A stretch of 64,000 nucleotides of DNA, taken from Phoronis australis (taxonomy: Eukaryota; Animalia; Phoronida). The translations under genes were made by a program, and so were the position numbers. The notes under the pieces are model-generated. The model was not told the DNA's origin, did not search any database, and saw only the letters and a list, made by a program, of their open reading frames with translations. The DNA lies in assembly GCA_002633005.1 (NCBI GenBank), contig NMRA01000823.1, positions 38,697 through 102,696 of the forward strand, written 5' to 3'. Positions 11,691 through 26,600 of the stretch are shown in pieces; the first letter of the stretch is position 1, and the number at the start of each line of letters is the position of its first letter.

Positions 11691-14600
11691 CTAAAACAAA
11701 ATAAAGAGAAGATTAGTAACAGTTAACCCCGACTGAAACCGGAAGTCGTTCTGCAGACGAAAAAGTCACGTGATATTATTTTATTGACAGCGGCGAAAGT
11801 GAGACTTCACGGGAAAGCTACTTGGCACTCGTGTTGAATGAAATGATTGTAGGCAGGAGTATCAAGAGGGTTTGTAGTGAAACTGGTTTACCACACCCTC
11901 AATTTGAAAGCTATAGTATTACACTTCCATTCTTATTACCGCCTGGGACTTACTTTTTAAAATAGTAACGGAATTACAACTTAAAGCGTTCCTACAAAGT
12001 TTGAGAGGATTAATGAATTTTGTTGGCATGTATTGCCATAAAAGAAATGATAAACCATTTTAAACCGATGTTGGTATAACTTATCCATTTGCTAGTTGTC
12101 ATAACTGCCGTCCCAAGTTGCATTAACAGAACTTTGAATTTCCCAGTTAAAATGTAATGTTTGAATAAGAAACGGGTGCATTATTCATCCTATTACACAA
12201 TTATTGACTTTCATCGAAATCAAAGGCTGTTTTTCAGACCCCAAACATCTGATAATGACCGACACGCAGTCATAAACTAGAGTCTTGTGAAAAAATGAGA
12301 CCCCGGAACCCAATCACCTTGTTCTCTGCAATACGACATCTAAAGGGATAAAATCGCGTTACCGTAACAGTAGTCAATGTGGATATACAGGTTTCTGTGG
12401 TCAATACGGAGAAATATTGACTCCGAAAGAAAAGTTTATCATTTCATAATCTGTCGAACATATGACAACGCAATAGAATTCCGCACGAGTAATTTAAGAT
12501 ATGATGAACATAACTTATGTAATAAACCGATGTCGTTTTTCAATCAAAGCGAGTGTGAAGGAGTGCCTCAAAGTCAGTTCGCCTCCCTTTTCCTTGCCTC
12601 CTCTATAATATCACCTGAGTTTCCTTCAAGATAAATATTTGCCTTGTATTATGTAATATACTTATTCTCAATGTAAGGATGGGCCTACCCATTCTCATGA
12701 ACTTCATTCGGAAGTTCATGCCATCCTGAACCAAATCCAATAAATAGGATGTCAGGGTAAACGAACATAGTAACAACAAACTATTTACGCTATAAAGCTG
12801 ACCCGTTTTTTTCATAGCATCTAAACTTTTGATTTAATAAAGACAAAGACATTCCGATAATCCAACCTAAGTTGGCGCCGAACATGATATTTTTCAACTG
12901 TTAAAGATGGTGCCAATCATTGTCAAACACTCAGATGTTGACGGTGGGATATTTCAGACCATCCAACCACCTGGGTAGTGTCAGAAGTCAGTGGACCATG
13001 GAACCCTTCATAACAGGACGCAGGCTCAATTGAAAACGAGTAAATGTTGATTTTTGTTAACGAGCGTCATAAATTTGCAAACGGAGCAAAGGCGACGCTC
13101 AGTTTCAAGAGACAATTAAGGAAGACTGCGCGAACGCACAGGTACAATAGCCTAGTACCATCCCGCCAAAACTACCATCAAGAGATCCGAGCAAATATAC
13201 ATGTACCGGCATTTGCAGTGGAATTGTGGAAAACGGGAAGTGCAAGCTACAACTGATTCAGAGCTTGAAGTACTTCTTATGACAAACGCGAAGTGAGATC
13301 AAAGCAAACTTCCCACTGAAATTCACATGTGTCCCAAAGTATAGGCCACACCAATTTCATTCTGGGAAATACACGCGCGGTCTCACTTTAAAACACGAGG
13401 GGTTGAAATGCAAAAAGCAACCACGAGCGCAGTGAGTTGAGGAATGGAGGAGCAGATGCTCTGCCTACAATGGCATTCCCACTTACTTGCATTCTGCTGT
13501 GGATTTAAAGTTCTGACGGACACGGCATAGGTGCCCGCTGTAACATCTACCTTCCTACGAGTCTGGTAGTGAGGATAACTGATTACATTGTATCGCATTA
13601 TGTACAAAAAATGTTATTCATATATTACAAGTAGCTGGGCGCTAGAATGTTCACCGTAGCACCACATGCCATGTTGACATGCGCACAGCACAGAGCACTG
13701 AGAAGAATCCGTGGTGATGACGACACATTGGTTAACCGTGCTGAGCCACTTGTCTAAATTAGAGACGAGAAGAGGGAGGAGTTAAAACAACAACGTCAAA
13801 CTTGGTGAGTGCAGAGAAAACACAGTTTTCTCGTCGACACACTTGTTGACAGTCTGTTCAGCTGATGACCTTTGGCATGTGGAAGGGCTCTCCAGGTGGC
13901 ACGTCACCACAGACCCACCGAAAGGTTGCATATGACAATGGGAACCGAATGATAAGATCACCGAACGGGACATACGAGGGTACACCTTGAGAACGTTAAT
14001 GAGTGGGGCCAAAGTTTTGCACTATTGCCTTTATATTACGGACAAAAAAATGAAAACTGCTAAGAACCGGTCATCTGACAAATAATCCAAGTAATTGAAG
14101 AAGGTCTGACTAGTTGTAGGCCACTGTGCAGAATAAAACAAACGCATGAACCAACGTTAAGACTACCTCTGAAGTGACGGCAGATGTCCGTTTTCGTGGG
14201 ATCCAAAATCAATTGCGTTTGTTGTCAAAACTTGTGATATTACAGTCACATGCAGTTTTTCCGGTATTTTCACATGTGGGTAACAGCTTCCCATTCCTAT
14301 TGTTTCTTGGAAGCATAAGCATTGCTAATGACGTCATTTATGCAAAGAACGAGAAACAATGAGACGCGGAGATAACCACAAAAACGAAGTTCGTTTCAAG
14401 TTTACTAGTTTGCATAATATTCTAAGCTTGTTGATGATCAAGATTGGGAAAGACCTTTATTATTACTGACCAAAAGATGGCGCTAGCGTCACATTTATAT
14501 TTGGCGGCTTGTTTTTCTTTCTCAAAGTATTCAATTTCAGCCACTTAAACAGCGAAGGTGTTTGTGTGAAATGATACTCTGTTGTGACTGAAACGCAGAT

Positions 14601-17600
14601 GACAACCTAGTGTCCGTGTCAATTATAGAGAATGGTTGATAATCTACTGTCAAACTTGTGTTTCGTTCATGGAAAACTACTGTTCCGCCAGACACTTCAT
14701 TGGAATGCCCTCGATTGACTTACGCTCAGCAGCATTTTTTCAGAATTTATAATTTGTAAATAAAGCAATTATCCCCTTTGCTCTATCCCTCGTGTTTTTA
14801 GTGCAATGCATTTAGTGTTTAGTGATTTGGAGAACACTTCAAGGCAAGGCAACATTGCGTTGAAAGTATGCATCCTCTAACTTGAGTGTGAACGTGTCCG
14901 ACTTATGGATCTTTTAAGAAATCTAATGCACCGCCATTTTTGTAAGCTACTGTTTTGGTTCACGAGGTCGCGTATCTAGTCACCCATCATGTACCGAATG
15001 AAGTGTATGGATTGCTACTCCGCTAACTTTGTTTATTTGATTTTAATGTTTACAAATTTGGCTTGATATATTTAACGCTACGAGGCCATTAAACTAAAGA
15101 ATTTCACGTTTTTAGGTGTACTTTCAATTTATTTATTAAAAAAATGAAGTTTTGTAGTGCATTTACCAGTCAAGTATTCGTTTACTTACTCGTCTGCCAG
15201 CCTCGTTGTTGTGCAGGTTCATGAGCATGCGCGACAGTCCTCTCGAATGTCGCGGGTGATTTTTTTCTTGTTCACGTGCATCTATGAATGTCTTTGCGAA
15301 CAGATTTCCATAATCTATATTATCACCGCATCCACCCCATATCCAGTCATTGTTGAGCGTTTTAGGGCGCGACATTCTGCTGCATCCGCAGTTGCCTAAA
15401 ATTCCTTCCCGGCATGCTCTGCTGATTGCATGCGTCACCCCTGCGGCAGATATCGCATGTGCGAACGCCACCTCTCGACTAGCTGGAACACAATAAATAA
15501 GAATTATTAAAAACAAGAGAAGCAGCTAACGTCTGTACACGTATTTGCAAAAAAACATTCAAAGATGCTATAATTAATAACAGCGTGAATGTTAACTTTG
15601 CTCAGCTAAAATGAACTGCGCTGATCAGTACTTCAGGATTTTTTGCAGTGAATTTGCCCTATGTGACTGATTGCTTTCGACTACTCAGTGCCTGAAGGCG
15701 ATACAGCTAATATTTCCACACGTTTTCAAGATAATTTAACATGATGCCAGTCTGGTGAACGCTTGTAAAGGTGACGACAGATAAATCATTATCTTGCGCC
15801 ATAAAACACAGGACCTCCAAAGAATTCATAAAAAATTCTGCAGTTTAGCGTCGTGTGTTGTCGAAAGCGCAAAACGGTGAAAATGTGAGGTTTGACCGAT
15901 TCATTGACCTTTGATTGAACCGGGGAGGGCGACCCTTGTGTTGATTTAGACTGGGCTGGCAGTGCGAAAATGGCCCGCGGGTAAAACTCGCTGCGAAAAA
16001 ATGACGGAGCGCGCAGACAACAAGCAACATTCTATTGACACTGTTGACACACTTCTAGATATGCAAATAAATCCTAGTTGAAGGCCGAGGTCTCGTCTGT
16101 CAAACGCAGTCGTGGTATATACTATCAAGCATACCTTTTGTAGCGAATCTAAGGGTCCTGCCCCTAGTGACAAGAAACCCAAACTACTTCTTTCAAAGGA
16201 ACGAACGAAGCGTTGGTAAGAGTTTACAGAATGAATCCTCACATTTCCGTAATAATGCGCAAAAACAAGTTAATCTATGCTCTCGAAAGGGTTTGACAAA
16301 CTGTGTCAGTGCACGCAGTCATTATATTTTGTTGACAAAGACTGACGGGACGTTGGCCATAAATTGGTGTAGACGCTGTCGGTTGGCCACCCTGCAATGT
16401 TCATCACTCAGAAAGACTGAAATAGTACAATAAATGACCAATACTATAATTATGTTTACAACCAGAGGAGCGAAGTCTTTGACCGATTTGTCTCAGCCAC
16501 ACGAATGCACCGGTTTTCACATCACTGGTTTCCGCACGCTTCTAGTTGCAATTAGCCAAGTGCCAAGACAATCGTTTACCGCTAATTTTGTTTATCCAGG
16601 CATTTGAGCCACTTTCGGCGAACACTTCCTCAGAACATACGGCGAGAGCTATATCACGATGCTACTATCGAACGGTTAATACAACAGTAGGTTTGTGAAC
16701 ACATCCCATTTAAAACATTCCCTAGGATCAATTTCAGAAGCCTTCATACATGCAAGTTGACAATTTGACTCCAAACCATTCAAAATATGCCATTGAAATG
16801 TATGTCGTTCTATTTTTGTCTTGTGCAAATTGCTACAATCGTCTAGGTAAAAAATAAGCCGAACCTTCATTATGTTGTCTCCATCTGCGTTTCAACGAGT
16901 TCAATTCTCTCATGAGCAGTCTGGTTTGTTTTTTCTTCGTCTTTTGATAATTGTAGCGGATCAACATTTAGTAACGCAGGGTGAACATTAGACGGAGATT
17001 AGTCAAAACAAAACACTCGCCAATAATGCATACATATACTTATACGTAATAATACGACTACATGTTTTGTTCTGACGTATGACTATATCTCGCGTCGATT
17101 TGCCCGATCTTGCGCCTTGCGAGTTCTTTGCGTTTACGGAGCGTACCCCTTGTACATGTACTGTACATGTACGTTAGAACGGAGATGGAGGATGGCTGAT
17201 TGATTACGACGGCCAGCGGAGACAGTAAGTTGACAGCACTGACACAGAAATAAAAAATTAAATATACTACACAGGTAGTACGCCGATAGAACAATATCCT
17301 GTATTCGCGACGCCTGCCTGCTCTAGAGAAACGACCGGGCACGTGCTCGCGTGTATAACCACCGAACAATACGATTAACGCTACACGGGTTGATTCGATT
17401 AGACGGATTGATTTTGAACCTTTGTGTGGATACCATTTACAAGGAAGCATGGTTGTGCGACAGCAAAACTACAAAACTGATGGCGTTTTCTCAGGTGTTT
17501 CTTATAAATACTTATTCATACATTTAAACAATTAACTTCCGAATTGTAAAATAACATATTCCAGGTGCGTTTATTACCGTCTGGTTTGTTACCCCATGTT

Positions 17601-20600
17601 CTCGATGATAAGTACAAGCAACTCAATAAAAAGGTTTGTTCACAAAGGCATTTGTCAAGAAGGTAATTTCATTGGGACAGTAGAATGTAAATTCATTTTG
17701 TGAGGTCTTCAATATTCTCGTTAAACGCGTAAAAACGCGCAATGCTATTGAGCCGCAAAGTGATTAACACCGTCAAGAATTCAATTTACTTTATTTCATA
17801 GCAGTTTTAAGACACTAAATCGACGGAAATAGCGAAGGCGCAAAGGCAACCTTAAAAGAAATTACGCACCATACCAACATTCTATCCGAGGTTACCTACA
17901 GCATAAAATCACTAAAATCCCAAACTAATGTAACATTAAGGAAACTTTCCGACTTGCTTGATTGATGGCAAGTTTGTTTAACAAGCTCGTCGGTCCATTG
18001 CTCAGCACAAATCTGCTAAATGTCTTCAAGGGCCTGTTTGTTTACTGCATATTTCTGGCCTTGCTACTTGCATCAGTGGATGAAATCGGTTGGCGAAATT
18101 GTCAACATCAGTGACATATGCATTACCAAGGATAAGTGGAAATAGAGGGCTTCACTACAGTAGTCAGATCAGTGTAGTCAAACAAATTAGAAACCTGTGA
18201 AAGTTTCAAATTCCATTAGTAAAGTCGTTTGCCAGGAAAGCAATTTATCCCGGCGTTCGTTTAACTTGTACAGTACGTGTATCTTACGTTGGCATCGAGA
18301 CAACCGCCCGTTTATGGAAGCCCTTGCCAATTTATAGACCCTATGGAAAAGTAACAGTTTCGATCACAAAAAATTCAAAATCTTTCAAAGATAATTACAA
18401 GAAAAACACGGCCAGTGTAATAATGCAAGTCATAACACCTACGTGTACTTCCGTCTGTCGAATGGACAGCGACACAAAATAGAATTCATGAAATTACGGT
18501 TTCCATGAAAGAAAGTGGCAAGAACTATAGCTGGGAAGTGATCGGCAACCAAACTTTCCGATGAAATATTATGTAAACAGATTCAATGATTGATTAACCT
18601 TTGATTCGTGTTTGGCAAAGTTCTGGCAAAGATTACAACTACCTGTTCACGCAAAAGCTATAGACTGTTGAGCGCGAATATCTGTGATTGTTGAACCTTG
18701 AAATTGGACATTGGGTGGCCAACGCCGTGGTGTCGTGGAGTTGGTCGGCCAATCTAATGTTTTATACATGCGCGTCAGCGGAGCATAATCTATCATTGTT
18801 GCAAATCGAGAAATCCAACCGAACCCCTGCACAAACCACCTACATGTACGCTACCGGAGGCATACGTTGTACAAATTTGTGTGAATCGTTGATTCCTGAT
18901 TGAGAGTTATTGAGGAAACTCGGACCACACAAAAACTTCATGAGACGGCCTGGGGGAAAGTCCGTCGCAGGTGCCAAGGACACCGACACACTCTGCAGTA
19001 GTCTCCAATATTAAAGGGGCGTCAATAATAAAGAAATTAAATTTGCGCAGAGGTCGCGTCCAGCTGACAGCTGAAGAACTGATAGAGTTCACGTTAGCAG
19101 ATGTTACTGGAATAATAATGTGTAACTGTAAGATATCATCGACAATCGGAAAGAAATGACAACGAGGTATGCGGAGCTACTGGCCAGTTACTGGAAGTAG
19201 CAATCGACTGCTTAAACAAGAATTCTGAAAAAAGCGAAAATAAAACGAAATTCGAATCTTTAGAGCACTCATCTATCTCCAGACAACTTCGTGGGTTTCC
19301 ACTCAAAATTGGAACGAAATACACTGCTGTCTCGTTTTCATTTTCAGAGGACGAAATGGGATTATTTCTCATTGCACCGGAATTGAAAACAGTTTAGAAA
19401 TAATTAAAGAACATACACTTGGATTTGGAAATAGTGAAAGTTAACGAAAGTTCGGAATGATATTTTGCTAATACTAGTGACAACCGTGGATCCTTTAAGC
19501 ACCTGTTGTTTTGAAAACCGTTGGACGCGTCGGAGTCATGTTTCCGTCCCGGTATTTGCATTTTGCGGTACCGGTTTTAGACCAACTGAATATGTCGAAA
19601 CCTTTTGAAATGATGGTGGAAACGAATGCTATACCCAAACTGAACCATCAAGGTCAGGAGTGTTTGGCAAATTAGAAAGTTATGAATCGGAACAGCATTT
19701 CGGTGCACTAAGAAGGCTCCCCCGATATAAAAGTCACGAGTTCTTGAGTCTCTTTTGCAATGTACTACGCTATGTGAATAGTTATTAATAGACATGTTGC
19801 GAATTCGCCGGGTACGTTCTTGTCCAGTTATTCGGTGCAACGAATACTATAATTTGTTTTTCCAACAAACAAATGTTGTGAATAATGGCGATGTGGTTTC
19901 CCGCCATCCAATTGACTCGATCAATGCTGACAAAGAATATTACGGGGTGACTAAGCAACGTCATATTCCAAACAGTCATTTCTGTAAATTTCCCAACTTT
20001 ATCAACCATCACAACACTCCCAAATGGCATTAGTTCTTTTAAATAATAGCCAGTATGTAGGTGTACTTTGCACGACTGCGGTGGGCATATGCGTCTCACG
20101 CAACGCTTCCGAGTGCGTTCCCTGGTTGACCCTCGATCTCCCAGCAGGTTCGCAGCACTTCCCATTGTGTCGGTTGGATAACTAAGGGCCATTTGAATAG
20201 TGCCTGATTATGAAAATTATTCAAGTCAGATGTTGCCGTGCTTTGAAGTTTTCGCTGCCTCTGGACATAGGCATCCCCACTTCCGGCTATGTTTCTACAT
20301 CCTGGTTATATTTGTGAAAGTAAATATATTCTAAAAGTGAGCCCATTGTTGGTTTTAAAAACAGTGTCGAGGTACACGTGTTATAACACTTATTATGAGC
20401 ATATGTAAGAATACACGTGCTTTCAATTAGCTCACTGAAAAGTAATATCATTGTAATAAAACAAAAATATATAGATAGCGATCCGATGATTAGGTCTTAC
20501 TACCGTAAGCATTCGTTATGACGAACGTTGGAAAACAATTCATTGGTGAGCAGATTTTCTTTCATAACGATAAAGGAGTAAAAGCGTACATCATGTTTTT

Positions 20601-23600
20601 AATTCTGAGGTGCTAACTCTCCTCTGACGTTGGGAAACATTCTTACGTTTCGATGACATCACTGGCTTTATTTTTTATTTTTTCACTTACAACCAATTTT
20701 AGAAATGAACGAAGACACAGTGATTCCCGAAACCTGACTAAACTCAAACCAGTTGGCCAGGTTTTGATTCTTGGAATGAATAAAACACTTACAGACCGAT
20801 TTGGCATTTAACAGCACGTTGGAGTGATTACACAAAACATGTAAATTGTTTGACGGATTGCAAACGGATTAAGTTAAACCATAACAAGTCTTTATATAAT
20901 TAGCCAGGTCGGTAAACACACAAGTCAGGATTAAAATTTGCCAGGACTTAAATAAGATGAATTTACTGAAATGACATGCACGACAAAACTGACGCAGACA
21001 TTTTAAAACTTATAAATATGTGTGCGCATAAAAAGCAAACTGCTTTAATTAAACAAGCGATTTTAATAAAAATTCAGGACGGTAAAACTAAATAAAACAA
21101 AACAAAAAGGAACATTTCCCCTGTTTATACATCCTCGTATCCCGAGCAATTTCTACATGCGCTCACACAAGGGGTTCGGGGAGATCCGCCGAACGAGCCC
21201 CCCATTTGGCGAAGTGGGCAAAAAAATCCGCCTCAGCGAAACAGAGACTCAAAAAAAGTATAAAACAAGACAAAAGTCCACTAAAAAGGCAGGAACTACC
21301 AAAAATTCGGCGAATGCACAATTCATAGCTCTGAACGTATCCCGTGAATCTTCGTAAAAGCGAAGGTCCACACTATCTCAAAAATTCAAGCGCCCATTTC
21401 TTACGGCTGGGTGCGCACATGCAGTTGGCTCGTGGGAATGGATAATTCCAGGGAAAAATCACAAATTTAAAGGCTTATCGATGTGTTCCTTAGTTTCAAT
21501 AAATATGTTCTACAAGAGTTGCCAATTTCACTTCATTTCTTACCAAAACCACTATTAGGTTTACCATTTTGACCTTCTGACCTCTAGTGTCGTTTGATCA
21601 CATTTTTTGCTGCGCGTGCACAAGCTAGGTCAACAATTTCCTGGGGAGATGTTGTCGTAAACAGAGAAACAAAACAGTGACTGTTTACGTTTCACAAGCT
21701 CACGAATAACCCGCACTTTTCGGGTTTTAATATTAGGACGTAAGGAGTTATGCTTCGTGACAAGTAAGGTGAAGTAGCAAACGCAAACCAGGTGAAAAAT
21801 ATATATTGGTGGTCTTTAAAACCAGACGTCGCTTGATGCTTTTCGCCGACCATAGCCACAGTTTTGACTGCCCGCGACTGAAACAAGTGACTACAATTTA
21901 TGTAGTGTTATCAACCGTTTCGTCCACATACATGACATTTTTTCACCGAGACTTCCAAACTGTTTCGCCATTATATTGATTACATAACAATTATATTGAA
22001 TACATAAGCTGCGACTTTCTTTTGAAGGCTTTTTTGACTGAAAACTCCTCTGTTAAAAATGAAAACGTCAACATTACTTAATAAAGGAAGATTAGACTTC
22101 TGGAAACTGAGCTATCGGACTAAAACGACTCGAGTTAAAAATAAGTCAATATGAATTCCAAAAGCGTTTTGTAGCTTATCACATAAATAAATGGAATTGT
22201 GACCATACCCATGAATAAACACGATTTTTGGAAAATCGCGTGCCGTGAAAATAAATCATTCCGTTCATTGTCTCCGTGCATATAGAAAAATTTCACTAAC
22301 GATCAAGAATTTAATACATGAATAGTTTCATCCGTCTATATTCAATTTTTAAAGGTTATTTAAAAAGACGTAATCCTTGGCAATGCACCGTCATTAACCT
22401 TAAGTTTTGGGTACTTTTTTAAATTTGGCTCATCAACAAGACAGCAAGTTTGAGACAAATCCCACCACAGTCATGAGACCTTTGTCATGTCAAAACTGCA
22501 AGGGTTCACTGGACTGTCTAATTAAGTTAATTTTAACGATTAATAAGCTCTATTAGTTCAACATGGCAATGCCAACAAACGCTATCATCACAAGATAATT
22601 CACAAATGCGTCTGCCGAAGAAATGTCAACGTAGTCAGGCTTCAAGTTAAACATTTACACATCATAAGAATCACAGATCGTCACTAATAATATTATCTCC
22701 ATTGCGACAGGTCCAGTTTTTTGAAGGATCAACAACAAAATGGAAGGTGTCCCCATGGCTTGCTTGTTCCATGCGTTGTTACTTGGCGAACTATGTCTCA
22801 GTGTTTGAACATGGGCGGCGAAGCACTGAAATAAGTGGGGGGCTATAGCCCCCCCCCACCAGCCCCCTATGGTGCTCCGCCAATGTTGAATGATCCCGGT
22901 AATCTGCAGTCATCATTATAACGCACGAAACAATAGCCAGGAAACCTTCGCCAAAGTTTCCAGTCATTTGTGTCATAATGACGTCCGAGTCGACTGACCG
23001 ATTGAATTTAGGTGAATACACGGAGAATGTAAATGCATTGCAAGGAAGAAAATGTTAAGTATTTAGTGTGCTATCAGAAATGGTTTTCCAAAACAGCTAT
23101 ACGGCGAGATTTAAAGACGAGAAATAACAAACAAAAACGGAAGCCCCGCAAACATTTGTTCTTTCAGTGACATACGCATGCGCGCACCCAGCCTTCAATA
23201 TGGGGGGCTCGAATCCCCGACGTTGTGGACCCTTTGCTAACAAAAGTGCGGGCGGAATAAAAAAAACGGAACCACCATTTTGAATTGCGCGCATTTGCGC
23301 TTATTTACTGGACTTTTATCCAATTTTCTCGAACTTTTTGTCTCTCAGGGGCGGACCTTATGCCCTCTTCGCCAAATGGGGGGCTCATTCGAGCCCCCCG
23401 AGCCCCCCCCCCCTGGGTGCGCGCATGGTACGAAACCACGTTACAGTTGCGTCAAGGAACATTGCGTCTAACAAACGAGTCCGTCTCTCTGGTGTCAGTT
23501 TTTATACTAACCACAACCCGCCAAAATGTAATGAAAAATACGGATACCTTGACATAAATTGCTAGGATGTAAATTGTTTGGACGAGCGTTGACACCCAGA

Positions 23601-26600
23601 TCAGTTCAAATTTATCAAATCGAGAATTTATTAGTGTGGATGGGTGTCATTTTGGAGCAAGGAATGGCATACAAACTCGCCACTTACCGGGTACAAAGAA
23701 GTGTCGATTGGATTACGAAAATAGCGTAGATTCTGAAGCATGCAGTCGCTGGTAACATAACAGAAAACATTACTTCACGAGGAAATGTGCAGATTTTCGC
23801 TAACTTGTCACCGGGCAATAGCAGACTTAACTTGATACTCTACCCTACAACGTATCATAAAGTTAAAGAATTCTTGCTGTTCCGCCATTTAATTGATTTT
23901 GATTTTTTGATAATTTTTACGATTTTTCATTTAGCTTTGATTTTTTTCACTAACAAATTGATGTCATTGGCTGACGTGTGATACAAGTATACATTCTAAT
24001 TATCTGAGAACACTTATAACACGATTGCAGTTAAAGAATGCAAGGGTTATGTAGGTTTATAAAATACCATTTTCGTTTGGATGTGTGACATTCAAACAAT
24101 TGAGTTTAACCGTCTTGTTCGCCACACGGGCTTTCTGTAACTTTAAATGACCGTTAACACTTGAACAAGCTGTTTGCTCCGCCAGTGGAATCGCATCAAT
24201 CAACCTTAAATAACACCGGTGGACTTATATATTCTCATTAAGATTGGGGCACGCTTGTTTTAATGTCCTGCTAGCCAGGTTTTCAACATCAAAGACACTC
24301 ACAAATTGCACACTTTTCACTAGAAAAAATGTAGCACGAACTTTGACGGTCGGCGTGTATTTATTTGCTAGACCTACTGACCAAGATTGTTTGTGAGATT
24401 AGACATACACGCTCACATATCTAACAATTAACATGCCTAACCTTCCGTAACATGACAACAAGCGTTGGAGGATCTTCTTTGAAGACGAAAGATAACTTTG
24501 ATCACACCAACAAATTACAACAGACCAACAACTGTTGTGAAATAAGACGATTCTACAAGAAGCAAGATGGACGGGAGAATACCACGTTGTCCATAAATTG
24601 GTCTCCGTTATCAGCAGAAAGTGGCCCAGTCTCGCCCGCTGTGGGAGAAGGTGGTGGTTGATTTTGAGACAGGAAATCATTGCTTTATCCAAAGAGTACA
24701 AAGAATGCGGACTGCTAAACGCCTGTCATGGCATCGCGATTTCGTGACGAGATAGCGTCCGTTCTGCACTGTCTTGAGAGTGACAATATGGCGCTCGGTG
24801 AGCTCCGGTTCACTAATTTATTTCACCAGGTGCGGACTATCCTTTGCGCAAAGGCATTATAGAACTGTTTGCCGACTATTCTGTCACAAGTTTCTCAACA
24901 CAAGAATGACTAGATGATCTATGTAAGTTCTATCCCCCGTCAGCTTTGCCTAGTTTTCAGAATTATGTTTGCGAGTGTCGACGTCAGTTTAAATAGCCCT
25001 ACTGACCAGGATTCTTGACTAAACATTTCAACGTTAGATAAATTGCTATAAGATTAACAGATGTATATACAGCCGACTGGAAATCTTGAAGAACATTTTC
25101 GTCAACAGAAGCAAGTGAAACAGCCGAGCCTAAGGTCGAACTCGTACTGTAAACGAATCTACAAACGCGTCATCGGGCATGTCGCCGTTATAGCTGTAGA
25201 TGGACAATCGAGTTCAATACTCATGAATTCGTGATTAATTTTCGTTCGAAATCTTAAACCGACAAGTTTAGCAGTCGTAGAAATAATTTAGAATTTCATT
25301 AAAATTAAATAAATCAGAAAGATACACAATTGAAAAGTAGTTGTCGGATACAACACGGAGGCTCGACGGATATCACCTCAATTTAATACGTGTCATTGTT
25401 TCGGGAAAGAATTGTATCTGCCCAGTGACTACATTATTCCGATGCTCGTATGCAACCCCTGGTGTAGAAATGGAGTACTAGAAGCCCATATAACCCTTCG
25501 TTCATATGGCATCACGCCTTCCCGCCCTTGGAGACACTTAAAGTCAGCCTTCTCTAGAATGTGTATTGTATATTTTTGGTTAAAAATTTAATCTAGTGTT
25601 ATCGCTTGTGTAATGGGAATTTTCCAGGGTTGTGCGAGCGAGAAAAAAAATTAACGTCGTTGGGTCGCCGTACGTGAACATTCCGCAAAATTACGAAAAA
25701 TATCTTGAAAAGTAAGTTAATACCGAAATTTTCAGCGACATCTCGCCTGGGTACCTCTTTAGGCTACGTCTGCAGCTAGTTAGCTTCATCCACGTTTTTC
25801 AGTGTACGTTTTATTATTGGTGTAAGCCACTGAAACCATGTGTTTCGCTCGAGGCGTTTCGATTGTCGGCCACGGCCAGAGCGGTGTGAAAAAACACCGG
25901 TTAAAGTCTAGAGCGTTTACGGTCTTGTATAAAAGAGAATGGCTTAATTATAGGGTACGTGTTCGGTGTTGTATTTCCTTCAAATTCAATATGACAACCA
26001 GATCGTCGTGACGTCGAGCTGTGTGTGATGAATCCATCTTAAATGACCCATAAGTGCGTGAAAAGAGCAAAGCCGACAAACTAAGGGTATATGAAAGAAT
26101 AAATCACACAAGCAATCGGACGTATAAATTTTTACGAAAATTCGATGTTAACGACTATCTATGCAAAAAGTTAGCGTTTACATGCGATTACACTTTGGCC
26201 ACATACGCCACATGGACTTGTATACAACAATTTTATAGCACGAATGGGAAGGCATTTCTACGGTTAACGTTTTCTTTGACATCAGTTGGCTGGATACGTG
26301 TTAGGTGTAATTTCTCTGGTTCGATATTACTATGAACACAGGTGTCCCACAAACCAATGCAGACATCCCAAAAAACTCTATTTCCGTAAAAAGCCCATTA
26401 CGTTTTACCCACGTGCGTATTAGTATAAAGTATGCAAATAAGTGCCTATTGTGCAGGCTAAGCTGTCCCCCGGCACTCTTTCGGAGTGTTTTAACCAAAT
26501 CCAAGCTGGGCAGAGATTGTTTGTGCAAATCTCGACATGCTCATCCACGTTGAGAGAGGAACATTGCACACAGCCGTTCACGATAAAAGGCAGAGACGGA

